From positions 2,496,001 to 2,560,000 of the forward strand of contig CAWELD010000003.1 of NCBI GenBank assembly GCA_963809895.1: a stretch of 64,000 nucleotides of DNA, written 5' to 3'. Origin of the DNA: an uncultured Gemmatimonadales bacterium (GTDB lineage: Bacteria > Gemmatimonadota > Gemmatimonadetes > Longimicrobiales > Gaopeijiaceae). Shown here one piece after another: positions 29,652-38,897 of this stretch (positions are counted from its first letter, which is position 1; each line of letters opens with the position of its first letter). The translations under genes and the position numbers were made by a program. The notes below the pieces were generated by a model, which did not search any database, was not told the origin of the DNA, and was given only the letters and a program-made list of their open reading frames with translations.

Positions 29652-29667
29652 CGCAAGCCATGTGCCA
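29652..29667 (-). promoter_or_regulatory. sigma54 promoter for the glycan operon
   Basis: Minus strand TGGCAC-ATGGC-TTGCG, 68 nt upstream of ATG 29583. Confidence 0.7.
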
Positions 29668-29849
29668 CCGCGGCTCGCGACGGCATGACCGGGACGCCAC
29701 CGCTCTCGGGACACGAGTGACGGCGGTGGACTCCGCTGAGGCTGTCGTTCGGGATCGCTCGGGGGTGGGACCGGCTGGGGAGACATCCTCCCCTACGCTG
29801 CCACCGATGGGCCGGCGCCTTGGGCGCCGCTGCCGACCGGGCGAGCCGG

Positions 29850-29865
29850 TGGCACCGCTCCTGCA
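29850..29865 (+). promoter_or_regulatory. sigma54-like promoter for the rml operon
   Basis: TGGCAC-CGCTC-CTGCA with GG/GC at canonical spacing, about 200 nt upstream of rmlD. Confidence 0.5.
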
Positions 29866-30071
29866 GCCGTTCCCTCACGAGCGCCGAGAGACCGGCCTGC
29901 GGTGCCGGAGGCACATGGCCTCCGAACCTCAACGCTAGGGTCGCTACGCGCTCCTCGGCAAGAGCCTTCTGGAAACGAGTTCGTGGCGAAGACGAGTCGA
30001 TGTGCTTCATCGTTTCACAGGACGTGCATCGATTCGAGTCACCCCTTTCAGCCCTCGGGAGCCCTGCACGC

Positions 30072-30947
30072 ATGAAGGTCCTGGTCACCGGCGCCGCCGG
30101 CCTCTTGGGCCGCGCGGTGGTGCGTGAAGCCAGCCGCCGCAGACACACGGTGGTGGCCGCCACTCGAGACGTCCTGGACGTGACCGATGGCGAGGCCTGC
30201 ACCTGGACGATGATAGCGCACCGACCCGACGTGGTGGTGCACTGCGCGGCCTACACGGCCGTGGACCGCGCCGAATCGGAGCCCGACGAGGCGACGGCCG
30301 TGAACCGTGACGGCACGCGCAACGTAGTGGACGCCGCCGATGCCGTGGGTGCGCGCGTCGTGTATCCCAGTACCGACTACGTGTTCGATGGCGCTGCCCG
30401 GACCCCGTACAGACCCCACGCCCCCACCGCACCGCTGAGCGTGTACGGGGCCTCGAAGCTGGCTGGAGAGGAGGAGGTACGCCGGTCCGCGGACGCAGAA
30501 CATCATCTGATCGTGCGCACGAGCTGGCTCTACGGTGACGGGGGACCGAACTTCGTCGACACCGTTCGCGGCCTCGCCGCCCGCGGGCGGGAGCTGCGGG
30601 TGGTCGCGGATCAACGGGGCCGGCCCACCTGGTCCGCCACCCTGGCCGAAACCGTGCTCGACCTGCTGGACCGCGGGGCGTCGGGGACGCTGCACGCCTG
30701 CGATGCGGGCACGGCGAGCTGGTTCGAGCTGGCCGAGGCTGTGACCCGTCTGGCCGGCACGCCCGCGACGCTGGTTCCGGTCTCGGCCGAGGACTACGGC
30801 GCCCCCGCTCCACGCCCCTCCTACTCGGTTCTGGACCTGGCCGACACCGAGGCCGTGCTGGGACGGCCTCTTCCCGATTGGACCCGCTCGTTGGAACGCT
30901 ATCTGGACGAGCCGAACGACCGCACCGACCCGAGAGGTTCCCCATGA
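30072..30947 (+). CDS. rmlD: dTDP-4-dehydrorhamnose reductase
   Basis: MKVLVTGAAGLLG, CAAYTAVDRAES, STDYVFDG, YGASK, PAPRPSYSVL. Confidence 0.93.
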   Translation: MKVLVTGAAGLLGRAVVREASRRRHTVVAATRDVLDVTDGEACTWTMIAHRPDVVVHCAAYTAVDRAESEPDEATAVNRDGTRNVVDAADAVGARVVYPSTDYVFDGAARTPYRPHAPTAPLSVYGASKLAGEEEVRRSADAEHHLIVRTSWLYGDGGPNFVDTVRGLAARGRELRVVADQRGRPTWSATLAETVLDLLDRGASGTLHACDAGTASWFELAEAVTRLAGTPATLVPVSAEDYGAPAPRPSYSVLDLADTEAVLGRPLPDWTRSLERYLDEPNDRTDPRGSP

Positions 30948-31714
30948 AAGGCGTTATCCTGGCCGGAGGCCTGGGCACACGGCTGCACCCCATGACCCGG
31001 GTCACCAACAAGCACCTGCTGCCGGTCTACGACCGACCCATGGTCTACTATCCCATCCAGCAGCTGGTGCACGCCGGGGTGGAGCGGATCCTCGTGGTCA
31101 CGGGCGGAGACGGTGCCGGCGATTTCTTGAGGCTCCTGGGCAACGGCGCCTGCTTCGGTCTCCGCCACATGGACTACACGTACCAGGAAGGGGAAGGCGG
31201 CATCGCCGAGGCGCTGGGTCTGGCCGAGCACTTCGCCGACGGCGAGCCCATCGTGGTGATCCTCGGAGACAACGTCTTCCAGGATCCCATCGCGCCGGCG
31301 ATCCGCGCCTACGAACGCCACAAGGGCGGCGGCATGATCCTGCTGAAGGAGGTGGAGGACCCCGAACGCTTCGGCGTGGCGCGCCTCGACGGCGACCGCA
31401 TCGTCGAAATCGTCGAGAAGCCGTCGCGTCCGCCCAGCCGACTGGCGGTGACGGGATGCTACATCTACGACTCGCGTGTCTTCGACATCATTCGCACGCT
31501 GGCGCCGTCGGAGCGGGGAGAGCTGGAGATCACCGACGTGAACAATCGCTACCTGGGATGGGGCGAACTTCACCATCACGTGCTGGAAGGATGGTGGACC
31601 GACGCCGGCACCATCCGCTCGCTGTATCGCGCCACACGACTGGTGGCCGAGGACGAGGGCAATCCGGTGCTCCGCTCGGAGCGCGCGGTGGACGCCTCGG
31701 TGGCGGCGGACTGA
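30944..31714 (+). CDS. rmlA: Glucose-1-phosphate thymidylyltransferase (short SpsI-like form)
   Basis: MKGVILAGGLGTRL, NKHLLPVYDRPM, ILGDN, PSERGELEITDVN, WWTDAGT; ATGA overlap. Confidence 0.88.
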   Translation: MKGVILAGGLGTRLHPMTRVTNKHLLPVYDRPMVYYPIQQLVHAGVERILVVTGGDGAGDFLRLLGNGACFGLRHMDYTYQEGEGGIAEALGLAEHFADGEPIVVILGDNVFQDPIAPAIRAYERHKGGGMILLKEVEDPERFGVARLDGDRIVEIVEKPSRPPSRLAVTGCYIYDSRVFDIIRTLAPSERGELEITDVNNRYLGWGELHHHVLEGWWTDAGTIRSLYRATRLVAEDEGNPVLRSERAVDASVAAD

Positions 31715-32331
31715 TGGCGGTCTCCGACGGTGTTGTTGGCGGGGTCGAGGGACTCGACGTGAGGGAGGCCGCGCTACCGGGGGTGATGGTGCTCGAGCCC
31801 AGGCGATACCGGGACGGGCGCGGGTTCTTCTCCGAGACGTTCTCGGTCTCCCGACTTCGATCGCTCGGCGTGGAGCTGGACTTCATCCAGGACAATCATT
31901 CGGTGTCGGCGACTCCGTGGACGCTCAGGGGCTTCCACTTCCAGGCTCCACCCCACGATCAGGCGAAACTGGTCCGGGTGGTCCGTGGCGCGATCCTGGA
32001 CGTGGTCCTGGATCTGCGCGCCGGCTCGCCCACCTTCGGACGCTGGGCCGCCGTGGAGATCTCCGAGGAACGGTGGAACCAGGTACTGGTGCCCCGTGGG
32101 TTCGCCCACGCGTTCTGCACCCTGGAACCCGACACGCACGTTCTCTACAAGGTCACGGCGCCGTACGTGCCCGAGGCCGAGGGCGGAGTGCGCTGGGACG
32201 ATCCGGACGTCGGCGTGGACTGGCCCCGGCGGCGCGGGCTCGTCATGTCCGATCGAGACCGGGCGCTGCCGCGTCTCCGGGAGTTCGACACACCTTTCGT
32301 GTATCCGACGACCGAACAGGAGGGCCCGTGA
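31714..32331 (+). CDS. rmlC: dTDP-4-dehydrorhamnose 3,5-epimerase
   Basis: DGRGFFSE, QDNHS, LRGFHFQ, QAKLVRV, GFAHAF, YKV; TGATG overlap. Confidence 0.93.
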   Translation: MAVSDGVVGGVEGLDVREAALPGVMVLEPRRYRDGRGFFSETFSVSRLRSLGVELDFIQDNHSVSATPWTLRGFHFQAPPHDQAKLVRVVRGAILDVVLDLRAGSPTFGRWAAVEISEERWNQVLVPRGFAHAFCTLEPDTHVLYKVTAPYVPEAEGGVRWDDPDVGVDWPRRRGLVMSDRDRALPRLREFDTPFVYPTTEQEGP

Positions 32332-33383
32332 AGCTCCTCGTCACCGGTGGCGCCGGCTTCATCGGCTCCAACCTCGTCCGCTTCCTCCTGGAGGAAGACG
32401 ACGCCGTGGAGGTCGTGAACCTCGACCTGCTCACCTACGCCGGGAATCCGGAGAACCTGGGACCGGTCATGGACGACCCCCGGCACCACTTCGTGCGAGG
32501 CGACGTCTGCGACCCCGATCTGGTGCGGGACCTGATGCGCGACGTGGACGCCGTGCTCAACCTCGCGGCCGAAAGCCACGTCGACCGCTCGGTGACGTCG
32601 GCGGCGCCCTTCGTGCGCACCAACGTGCTGGGCACGCAGACGCTGCTGGCGGCGGCGCTGGAGGCCGGCGTGCCGCGCTTCGTCCAGGTGTCCACCGACG
32701 AGGTCTACGGGGAGCTGCCGTGGCACGATCCGGCGGAGCCCGATCCCGGCGCCCCCCGCTTCACCGAGACCACGCCGCTGTCACCGCGCTCGCCCTATTC
32801 GGCGACCAAGGCCGCCGCCGATCTGCTGGCGCTGTCGTATCACACCACCCACGGCATGGACGTGGTCGTGACGCGCTGCTCCAACAACTTCGGCCCTTTT
32901 CAGTTTCCGGAGAAACTGATCCCCCTGATGATCACGAACGCCATGGAGGGCCGCGCGCTACCGGTGTACGGGGACGGGCTGAACGTCCGCGACTGGATCC
33001 ACGTGCGCGATCATTGCCGCGGGCTGACGCTGGCGCTCACCCGGGGCGAAGCGGGTGGAATCTACAACTTCGGTGGCGACGCGGAGCGCACGAACCTGCA
33101 GGTGGTCCGGGCCATCATGGCCATCGTCGACGCGCCCGAGGAGCTGGTCCGATTCGTGGACGATCGCCCGGGCCACGACCGGCGCTACGCGGTGGACTCC
33201 ACCCGGGCCCACGAGGAGCTGGGCTGGGAGGCGGGCGTCGATTTCGAGGAGGGACTGCGGGCCACCGTGGACTGGTACCGGGAGCACACCGACTGGTGGC
33301 AGCGCGTGAAGACCGGGGAATACCGGAGCTACTACGACGGCATGTACGGAGCCGGCGGCCGCCACGCCGCTGAGCGCGCCTGA
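32328..33383 (+). CDS. rmlB: dTDP-glucose 4,6-dehydratase
   Basis: VTGGAGFIGSN, LTYAGN, AAESHVDRS, STDEVYG, PYSATK, DRPGHDRRY; GTGA overlap. Confidence 0.95.
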   Translation: MKLLVTGGAGFIGSNLVRFLLEEDDAVEVVNLDLLTYAGNPENLGPVMDDPRHHFVRGDVCDPDLVRDLMRDVDAVLNLAAESHVDRSVTSAAPFVRTNVLGTQTLLAAALEAGVPRFVQVSTDEVYGELPWHDPAEPDPGAPRFTETTPLSPRSPYSATKAAADLLALSYHTTHGMDVVVTRCSNNFGPFQFPEKLIPLMITNAMEGRALPVYGDGLNVRDWIHVRDHCRGLTLALTRGEAGGIYNFGGDAERTNLQVVRAIMAIVDAPEELVRFVDDRPGHDRRYAVDSTRAHEELGWEAGVDFEEGLRATVDWYREHTDWWQRVKTGEYRSYYDGMYGAGGRHAAERA

Positions 33384-33391
33384 GGGGCTCT

Positions 33392-34324
33392 CTATCCGGA
33401 TCCCACCCCGGATTCGGTCAGGATCAGCGACGCGGCGTCAGCGTCCAGAAGGGCCCGCGCGCCCAGCGGCAGCGTCCAGTTGTGCTCGACGTGGCCGAAG
33501 GGGAGGTCCACCACCGCCGGCACGCCCAGGCGCCTCGCCACCTCGTCGAGCACGCCCCGCACCGGATAGCGCGCGTCGTCGGGCGCGTCGGTGAAGCGCC
33601 CCAGCGCCAGGCCGGCGACGCCGGCCAGGACGCCCGCCCGCTCGAGCTGGAGCAGCATGCGATCCACCTTGTAGGCCGGCTCGCCCACGTCTTCCAGCGC
33701 CAGGATGGCCCCACGGGCCCCCAGCGACAGGGGCGTCCCGCACATGGCCGCCAGCATGGCCAGATTGCCACCGACCAGGGGCGCCTCCACGCGACCGGGA
33801 ACCAGCGTGGCCGGCTCCGGGTCCCCGGGACGCCTGGGCAGCGTGCCGGGCGCATCGGTCCGGAAGAGCACACGGCGAAAGGCCGCTTCCGTCTCGGGGG
33901 GGAAATCCCGGCCCGGATGCGGACCGTGGAACGAGACCACGCCCAGCCCGGCGTGACGCGCGTGCAGCGACGTGTTGTCGCTGAATCCGATGAAGGGGAT
34001 GGGGGCACGGCGCTGGCGACTGAGATCCAGGGACTCGACGATGCGCAGCGATCCGTACCCCCCGCGCAGCGCCCACACCGCGTCGATGGCCGGATCGTCG
34101 AAGGCGGCCTGGAGGTCGGCGAGACGCTGACCGTCGGTCCCGGCCAGGTAGCCGTGACGGGCGCCTGCCGACGGGAAGACGACGGGCTCAAGTCCCAGCG
34201 CCCGGCAGCGCGCCGTGGAGGCTTCGATGCGTTCGGCCTCCACGGGGCCGGCGGGCGCCACGAGCGCCACCCGGGCCCCCGGCCCCAGGGCCCGGGGTCG
34301 CATGGCGCCAGAAGGTTTCGTCAT
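33392..34324 (-). CDS. ldcA: LD-carboxypeptidase (peptidase S66)
   Basis: RGGYG, GFSDNT (Ser), GGNL, LEDVGE (Glu), PFGH (His); start could also be 34303. Confidence 0.88.
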   Translation of the reverse strand: MTKPSGAMRPRALGPGARVALVAPAGPVEAERIEASTARCRALGLEPVVFPSAGARHGYLAGTDGQRLADLQAAFDDPAIDAVWALRGGYGSLRIVESLDLSRQRRAPIPFIGFSDNTSLHARHAGLGVVSFHGPHPGRDFPPETEAAFRRVLFRTDAPGTLPRRPGDPEPATLVPGRVEAPLVGGNLAMLAAMCGTPLSLGARGAILALEDVGEPAYKVDRMLLQLERAGVLAGVAGLALGRFTDAPDDARYPVRGVLDEVARRLGVPAVVDLPFGHVEHNWTLPLGARALLDADAASLILTESGVGSG

Positions 34325-34330
34325 GTTGGC

Positions 34331-34336
34331 ATTATC
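34331..34336 (-). promoter_or_regulatory. -10 box, putative leaderless transcript of ldcA
   Basis: Minus strand GATAAT, 6 nt, then ATG 34324; no SD. Confidence 0.4.
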
Positions 34337-34359
34337 GCCCGCCGCATCCGGCGGCGCGA

Positions 34360-36075
34360 GTGAGCCCATCCGGAGTCGACACAGGTCGCCCATGTCTCCG
34401 AGCCCGCACCTTTCCCTGGCCCGATGCCTGGCCGTTTCGTCCCTCGCCCGCCCCTGCCCCGACGTACCGCGCGGTGGTGGCGAGCACCGACGCATACGCG
34501 AGCCGGGTCGGTGTGGACGTGCTGGCGGCCGGTGGCAACGCGGTGGACGCCGCCGTGGCCGTCTCCTTCGCCCTCGCGGTGGTGAACCCCGAAGCGGGCA
34601 ACGTCGGAGGGAGCGGCTTCCTGGTGGTGCGTACGCCAGGAGGCGAGATCGCGGCGCTGGACTACCGGGGCACGGCACCTGCCGCGGCGACGAAGGACAT
34701 GTACCTGGACGCCGAAGGAGAGCTCACCGAAGCCGCCCAGGTGGGACCGCTGGCCGCCGCCGTGCCCGGATCGGTGCGAGGGCTCTGGGACGCGCACCGC
34801 CGCTTCGGCCGCCGGCCGTGGAGCTCGCTGGTGGAGCCCGCCGTCGGCCTGGCGCGGGGCTTCGAGGTGCGGGACCGCCTCACCCGCTCCTTCCCACCCC
34901 ATATCGTCGCCGGGCTCGGCCGTTTTCCCGAGAGCCGGCGCATCTTCCTGCCCGGCGGCGTCCCTCCCCGCCGGGGAGACGTCTTCCGTCAGCCGGACCT
35001 GGCCCGCACGCTGGAGCGCATCCGCGACCAGGGGCCGGACGGCTTCTACCGGGGCGAGACCGCCGACGCCATCGCCGCCGAGATGGAGCGGGGGGGCGGA
35101 ATCATCACCCGGGACGACCTGAGGGCATACCGCCCCCGGTGGCGGGAGCCGGTGCGCGTCCGCTACCGCGATCACGTCCTGGCCTCCATGCCCCTGTCCT
35201 CGTCCGGGGGCGTGACGTTGGCGCTCATCTGCAACCTCCTGGCCGACAGCGCCCCCGGGGCCCTGCCCTGGCACGGCGTCGGACACGTGCACCTGCTGGC
35301 CGAGGTCTGGCGGCGCGCCTTCGCCGATCGCAACCACTACCTCGCCGACTCCGACTTCGCGGACATCCCCCTGGAGACGCTGCTGTCGGTCGACTACGGT
35401 CGCTGGCGGGCCCGCGACATCCGCCCCGAGGCCGCCACGCCATCGGCCGAAGTCGCTCCCGGCGTCGCCGCCTTCGAGCGGCACCGGGCGCGGCACACCA
35501 CCCACGTGTCCGTCGTGGACGCAGAAGGGATGGCCGTCTCGCTCACCACCACGCTGAACACCTGGTACGGCAGCAAGACGGTGGTCCCGGGCACCGGCGT
35601 CCTCCTCAACAACGAGATGGACGATTTCACGGCCAGACCCGGCACCCCGAACCACTTCGGGCTCGTCCAGGGTGAGGCCAACGCCATCGAGCCGGGCAAG
35701 CGCATGCTGTCGGCCATGACCCCCACCCTGGTCCTGGATCCGGACGGGGAGCTGCGCATGGTAGTGGGCACGCCGGGCGGCTCCACCATCATCACCACCG
35801 TCTTCCAGGTGGTCTCCAACGTCGTGGACCACGGCATGACGCTCCGCGACGCGGTATTCGCGCCCAGGGTGCACCATCAGCACCTCCCGGACCTGCTCCA
35901 CGTCGAGCCCGGGGGCCTCGCTCCCGAGGTGTTGCACGGGCTGCGCGGGCTGGGTCACCGGGTGCTGGAGCGGAGCGAGCACTCCGGCGACGTGCAGGCG
36001 ATCCTGGTGGAGCCCGGAGGCGGGCTGACCGGGGTGGCGGACCCGCGCCGCGGCGGTGTGGCCCTCGGTCTGTGA
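34360..36075 (+). CDS. ggt: Gamma-glutamyltransferase
   Basis: GGNAVDAAVA, LDYR, HTTHVSVVD (catalytic Thr), LNNEMDDF, PGKRMLSAMTP, GTPGGS, DPRRGG; exact start uncertain. Confidence 0.92.
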   Translation: MSPSGVDTGRPCLRARTFPWPDAWPFRPSPAPAPTYRAVVASTDAYASRVGVDVLAAGGNAVDAAVAVSFALAVVNPEAGNVGGSGFLVVRTPGGEIAALDYRGTAPAAATKDMYLDAEGELTEAAQVGPLAAAVPGSVRGLWDAHRRFGRRPWSSLVEPAVGLARGFEVRDRLTRSFPPHIVAGLGRFPESRRIFLPGGVPPRRGDVFRQPDLARTLERIRDQGPDGFYRGETADAIAAEMERGGGIITRDDLRAYRPRWREPVRVRYRDHVLASMPLSSSGGVTLALICNLLADSAPGALPWHGVGHVHLLAEVWRRAFADRNHYLADSDFADIPLETLLSVDYGRWRARDIRPEAATPSAEVAPGVAAFERHRARHTTHVSVVDAEGMAVSLTTTLNTWYGSKTVVPGTGVLLNNEMDDFTARPGTPNHFGLVQGEANAIEPGKRMLSAMTPTLVLDPDGELRMVVGTPGGSTIITTVFQVVSNVVDHGMTLRDAVFAPRVHHQHLPDLLHVEPGGLAPEVLHGLRGLGHRVLERSEHSGDVQAILVEPGGGLTGVADPRRGGVALGL

Positions 36076-36076
36076 G

Positions 36077-36874
36077 CTACTTCCTGCGGTGGTGCAGCGT
36101 CACCGGCTCACTCACCCGCTTGCGCTCCCACCAGTTCTGATAGAGGTCGACGCTGAACATGAGCAGCAGCATGAAGACGACGATCCACTGGGGGATGTAG
36201 GGGAAGGCCGAGCCGTTGACCTCGAGCTCGGCCGTGTGCCCTCCCTCCAGGAAGAGCACGAAACCGATGAGCAGGAGCACGAAGAGGCCCAGGATCTCGA
36301 ACTCGGGGTTGGAGGTGAGAAAGCGGGCCAGCGGCGCCGCGAAGATCATCATGACCACCACCGACACCACCACCGATCCCGCCATGACGAAGAGATGATC
36401 CGTCATCCCCACCACCGTCAGGATCGAATCCACCGAGAAGAGCAGGTTCATGCCCACGATGAGCGTCACGACATCGCGGAAGCGCGCCGCGGCCTCGACC
36501 TCCGAGTCCACGCCCTTGAGCTTCACGCGCAGATCGTGCACTGCTTTCCACAGGAGGAAGATGCCGCCGCCCCACAGCACCAGCGCCTTGCCGTTCACGT
36601 CGCCCGACAGGTCGATGCCCGCGACGTTCAGGTCGAAGTCCACGAGGCTTTGGGTGGCGATGCGGAGGATGAGGCTCACCACCGCCAGGAGCGCGATTCG
36701 GAAGAGCATGGCCAGCACCAGACCCCAGCGCACCGCCCTGGTGCGGTCGTGTTGCGGGAGTTTCTGGGCGATGATGGTGATGATGATGAGATTGTCGGCG
36801 CCGAGGGCGACCTGGATCAGCGTGACGCCGAAGAGGCTCGCCCAGACGGCGGGGCTCAGGAGGATGTCGAACAT
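36077..36874 (-). CDS. TerC family integral membrane protein
   Basis: LGADNLIII, MLFRIALL, FSVDSILTVVG motifs; multiple TM helices. Confidence 0.85.
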   Translation of the reverse strand: MFDILLSPAVWASLFGVTLIQVALGADNLIIITIIAQKLPQHDRTRAVRWGLVLAMLFRIALLAVVSLILRIATQSLVDFDLNVAGIDLSGDVNGKALVLWGGGIFLLWKAVHDLRVKLKGVDSEVEAAARFRDVVTLIVGMNLLFSVDSILTVVGMTDHLFVMAGSVVVSVVVMMIFAAPLARFLTSNPEFEILGLFVLLLIGFVLFLEGGHTAELEVNGSAFPYIPQWIVVFMLLLMFSVDLYQNWWERKRVSEPVTLHHRRK

Positions 36875-36966
36875 GGGCGGCGAGGAGCGGCGATGAGCAG
36901 GCGCGGGTGCGAGAGCCCGCGGCGGTTCCGGAAGATGGCGAGGATGCCCCGGTGAGGCACGGGGGC

Positions 36967-37686
36967 TCAGCGCCCGGGCTCGGTGCCGAGCGCGGCGCGT
37001 GTGTCCGAGTCCACCCGTCCATCCACCATGTGGATCACCCGGTCGCAGCGCTCTGCCACGTGCTGCTCGTGGGTGACGATGAGAAACGCCGTGCCGCGAC
37101 GCTCGTTGAACGAGCGCATGAGCTTCAGAACCCGCTCCCCGGCCTGGGTATCCAGGTTTCCCGTGGGCTCGTCGGCGAGGATCAGCAGCGGCTCCATCAC
37201 CAGGGCGCGCGCCACCGCAACCCGCTGCTGCTCTCCACCGGACAGGTCCGTGACCCTGTACCCGACACGGTCCGACAGGCCGACCTCGCCGAGAAGCTCC
37301 TGGGCCCGGTCGCGCATCCAGGATTCTCGCCGGCCGCGCCGGGCGAGGAGCGGCATCATGACGTTCTCGGTGGCGGTGAACGCCGACAGGAGGTGATGGA
37401 ACTGGAAGACGAATCCCAGCGACGTGGCCCGCAGCGCGGTGCGCGCCTCGTCGTCGAGGAGACCCACGTCGCGCCCCTGAAAGAGGATGCGGCCGCCGCT
37501 GGGACGGTCCAGGAGCCCCACCAGATTGAGGAGTGTGGTCTTCCCGGACCCTGACGGTCCCGTGAGTGCGCAGAATTCCCCCGCTTCGAGCTCCAGATCG
37601 ATCCCCCGGAGGACCAGGGTGCGGACCCGGTCTCCGTACGTCTTCGTGAGAGCTTCGGTGCGGAGCAGCGCCGGTCCGTCAGCCAT
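36967..37686 (-). CDS. ABC transporter ATP-binding protein (LolD/MacB-like)
   Basis: GPSGSGKT, GFVFQFHHLL, LSGGEQQR, ADEPTGNLD. Confidence 0.92.
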   Translation of the reverse strand: MADGPALLRTEALTKTYGDRVRTLVLRGIDLELEAGEFCALTGPSGSGKTTLLNLVGLLDRPSGGRILFQGRDVGLLDDEARTALRATSLGFVFQFHHLLSAFTATENVMMPLLARRGRRESWMRDRAQELLGEVGLSDRVGYRVTDLSGGEQQRVAVARALVMEPLLILADEPTGNLDTQAGERVLKLMRSFNERRGTAFLIVTHEQHVAERCDRVIHMVDGRVDSDTRAALGTEPGR

Positions 37687-38896
37687 TCCGGATCACGCTG
37701 GCGGGGTCCATGTGTGCGGCCCGCCGTGCCGGAAGCAGGGCCGCCAGAAGCCCCACGAACAGCGCCACGGCCGAGGAGCGCACGAACAGGACCACGTTCA
37801 GATCCACGGGAAACCTCGGCGATCCGTCCGGGTTCGTCGCCAGACTCGCGAAGAAGAGGGCCAGGATGGAGCCGATGGCGATCCCGACCAGGGAGCCGGC
37901 AGCCCCCAGAATCGCTCCCTGGAAGAGAAAGATGCGGGTCACCGAGCGGGTACGCGTCCCCGTGGCCTTGAGAATTCCGATCTCCCGGGACTTCTGGACG
38001 ACCGAAACCGCGAGAACGCTGGCGATGCCCAGCGCCACCGCCAGGATCACGAATACCTGAATCATGATGCTGGACTGGTTCTGTGACCGGAGACCCACCA
38101 GCAGGTCACCGTTGCGCGTCATCCAGCTGTCCGCATCCAGACCGGTGCGGTCCCGGATGCGTGCCGCCAGGGCCTCGGCCTGGAAGATCCGGGTGCCCTT
38201 CACCTCCAGCGTGGAGACCCCTCCCTCCAGATCGAACATGGTCTGGGCCCCGCGCAGCGAAACGAAGACCCATCGCTCGTTGAGATCCTTGCTGCCCAGG
38301 TCGAAGATGCCGGCCACCGTGTAGACACCGCCCCGCTCTCCGGCCGCTTCGAGGCGCACTCGACCACCCACGACCAGTCCCAGCTCCCGCGCCAGCTCCA
38401 TGCCCACCACGGCCTTGAAGCCGGTGAGGTCGAAGGTGCCCTCGACGACGCGTCCCCGCAGGTCCACGATGGGCTCGTAGCTCTCGATGTCGACGCCCCG
38501 CACCGTCACCGAGGTGGAGCCGGGCCCCCGGACCGCCATGGCGGGCCCTGCCACCGTGGGCGCCACCGCGATGACATCGGGCGTGCGGCGCAGGAGACCC
38601 GCGACGCGCTGCCACTCCACGATGGAGCGCACGCGCTGAGGTGGCCGTTGAACCACCGTGGACTGCAGCGCCTCATCGGACCGCTCCAGGACCCGTGGCA
38701 TCTCCTCGGGAGCGCGCACGACCACGTGGGCCTGACTGCCGAGGGTCCGGTCGATCAGGCTCTGCTGAAGACCGTTGATCAGGGCCGACAGGAAGATGAT
38801 GACGCCGACGCCGACGCCCACCCCGGCCAGGATGAGCCAGGTCTGGAGTCGGCCGTCCCTCAGATAGCGAAGGGCGACGAAGAGCTCGAAGGGCAC
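37679..38896 (-). CDS. ABC transporter permease (LolE/FtsX-like)
   Basis: FELFVALRYL N-terminus, large periplasmic loop, KSREIGILKATG, PARRAA.MDP. Confidence 0.9.
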   Translation of the reverse strand: MPFELFVALRYLRDGRLQTWLILAGVGVGVGVIIFLSALINGLQQSLIDRTLGSQAHVVVRAPEEMPRVLERSDEALQSTVVQRPPQRVRSIVEWQRVAGLLRRTPDVIAVAPTVAGPAMAVRGPGSTSVTVRGVDIESYEPIVDLRGRVVEGTFDLTGFKAVVGMELARELGLVVGGRVRLEAAGERGGVYTVAGIFDLGSKDLNERWVFVSLRGAQTMFDLEGGVSTLEVKGTRIFQAEALAARIRDRTGLDADSWMTRNGDLLVGLRSQNQSSIMIQVFVILAVALGIASVLAVSVVQKSREIGILKATGTRTRSVTRIFLFQGAILGAAGSLVGIAIGSILALFFASLATNPDGSPRFPVDLNVVLFVRSSAVALFVGLLAALLPARRAAHMDPASVIRNG

Positions 38897-38897
38897 G

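Noticed and set aside
29722..29731. GGCGGTGG resembling an ops/JUMPstart element
   Set aside because: Imperfect, common in GC-rich DNA, wrong strand for the long operon
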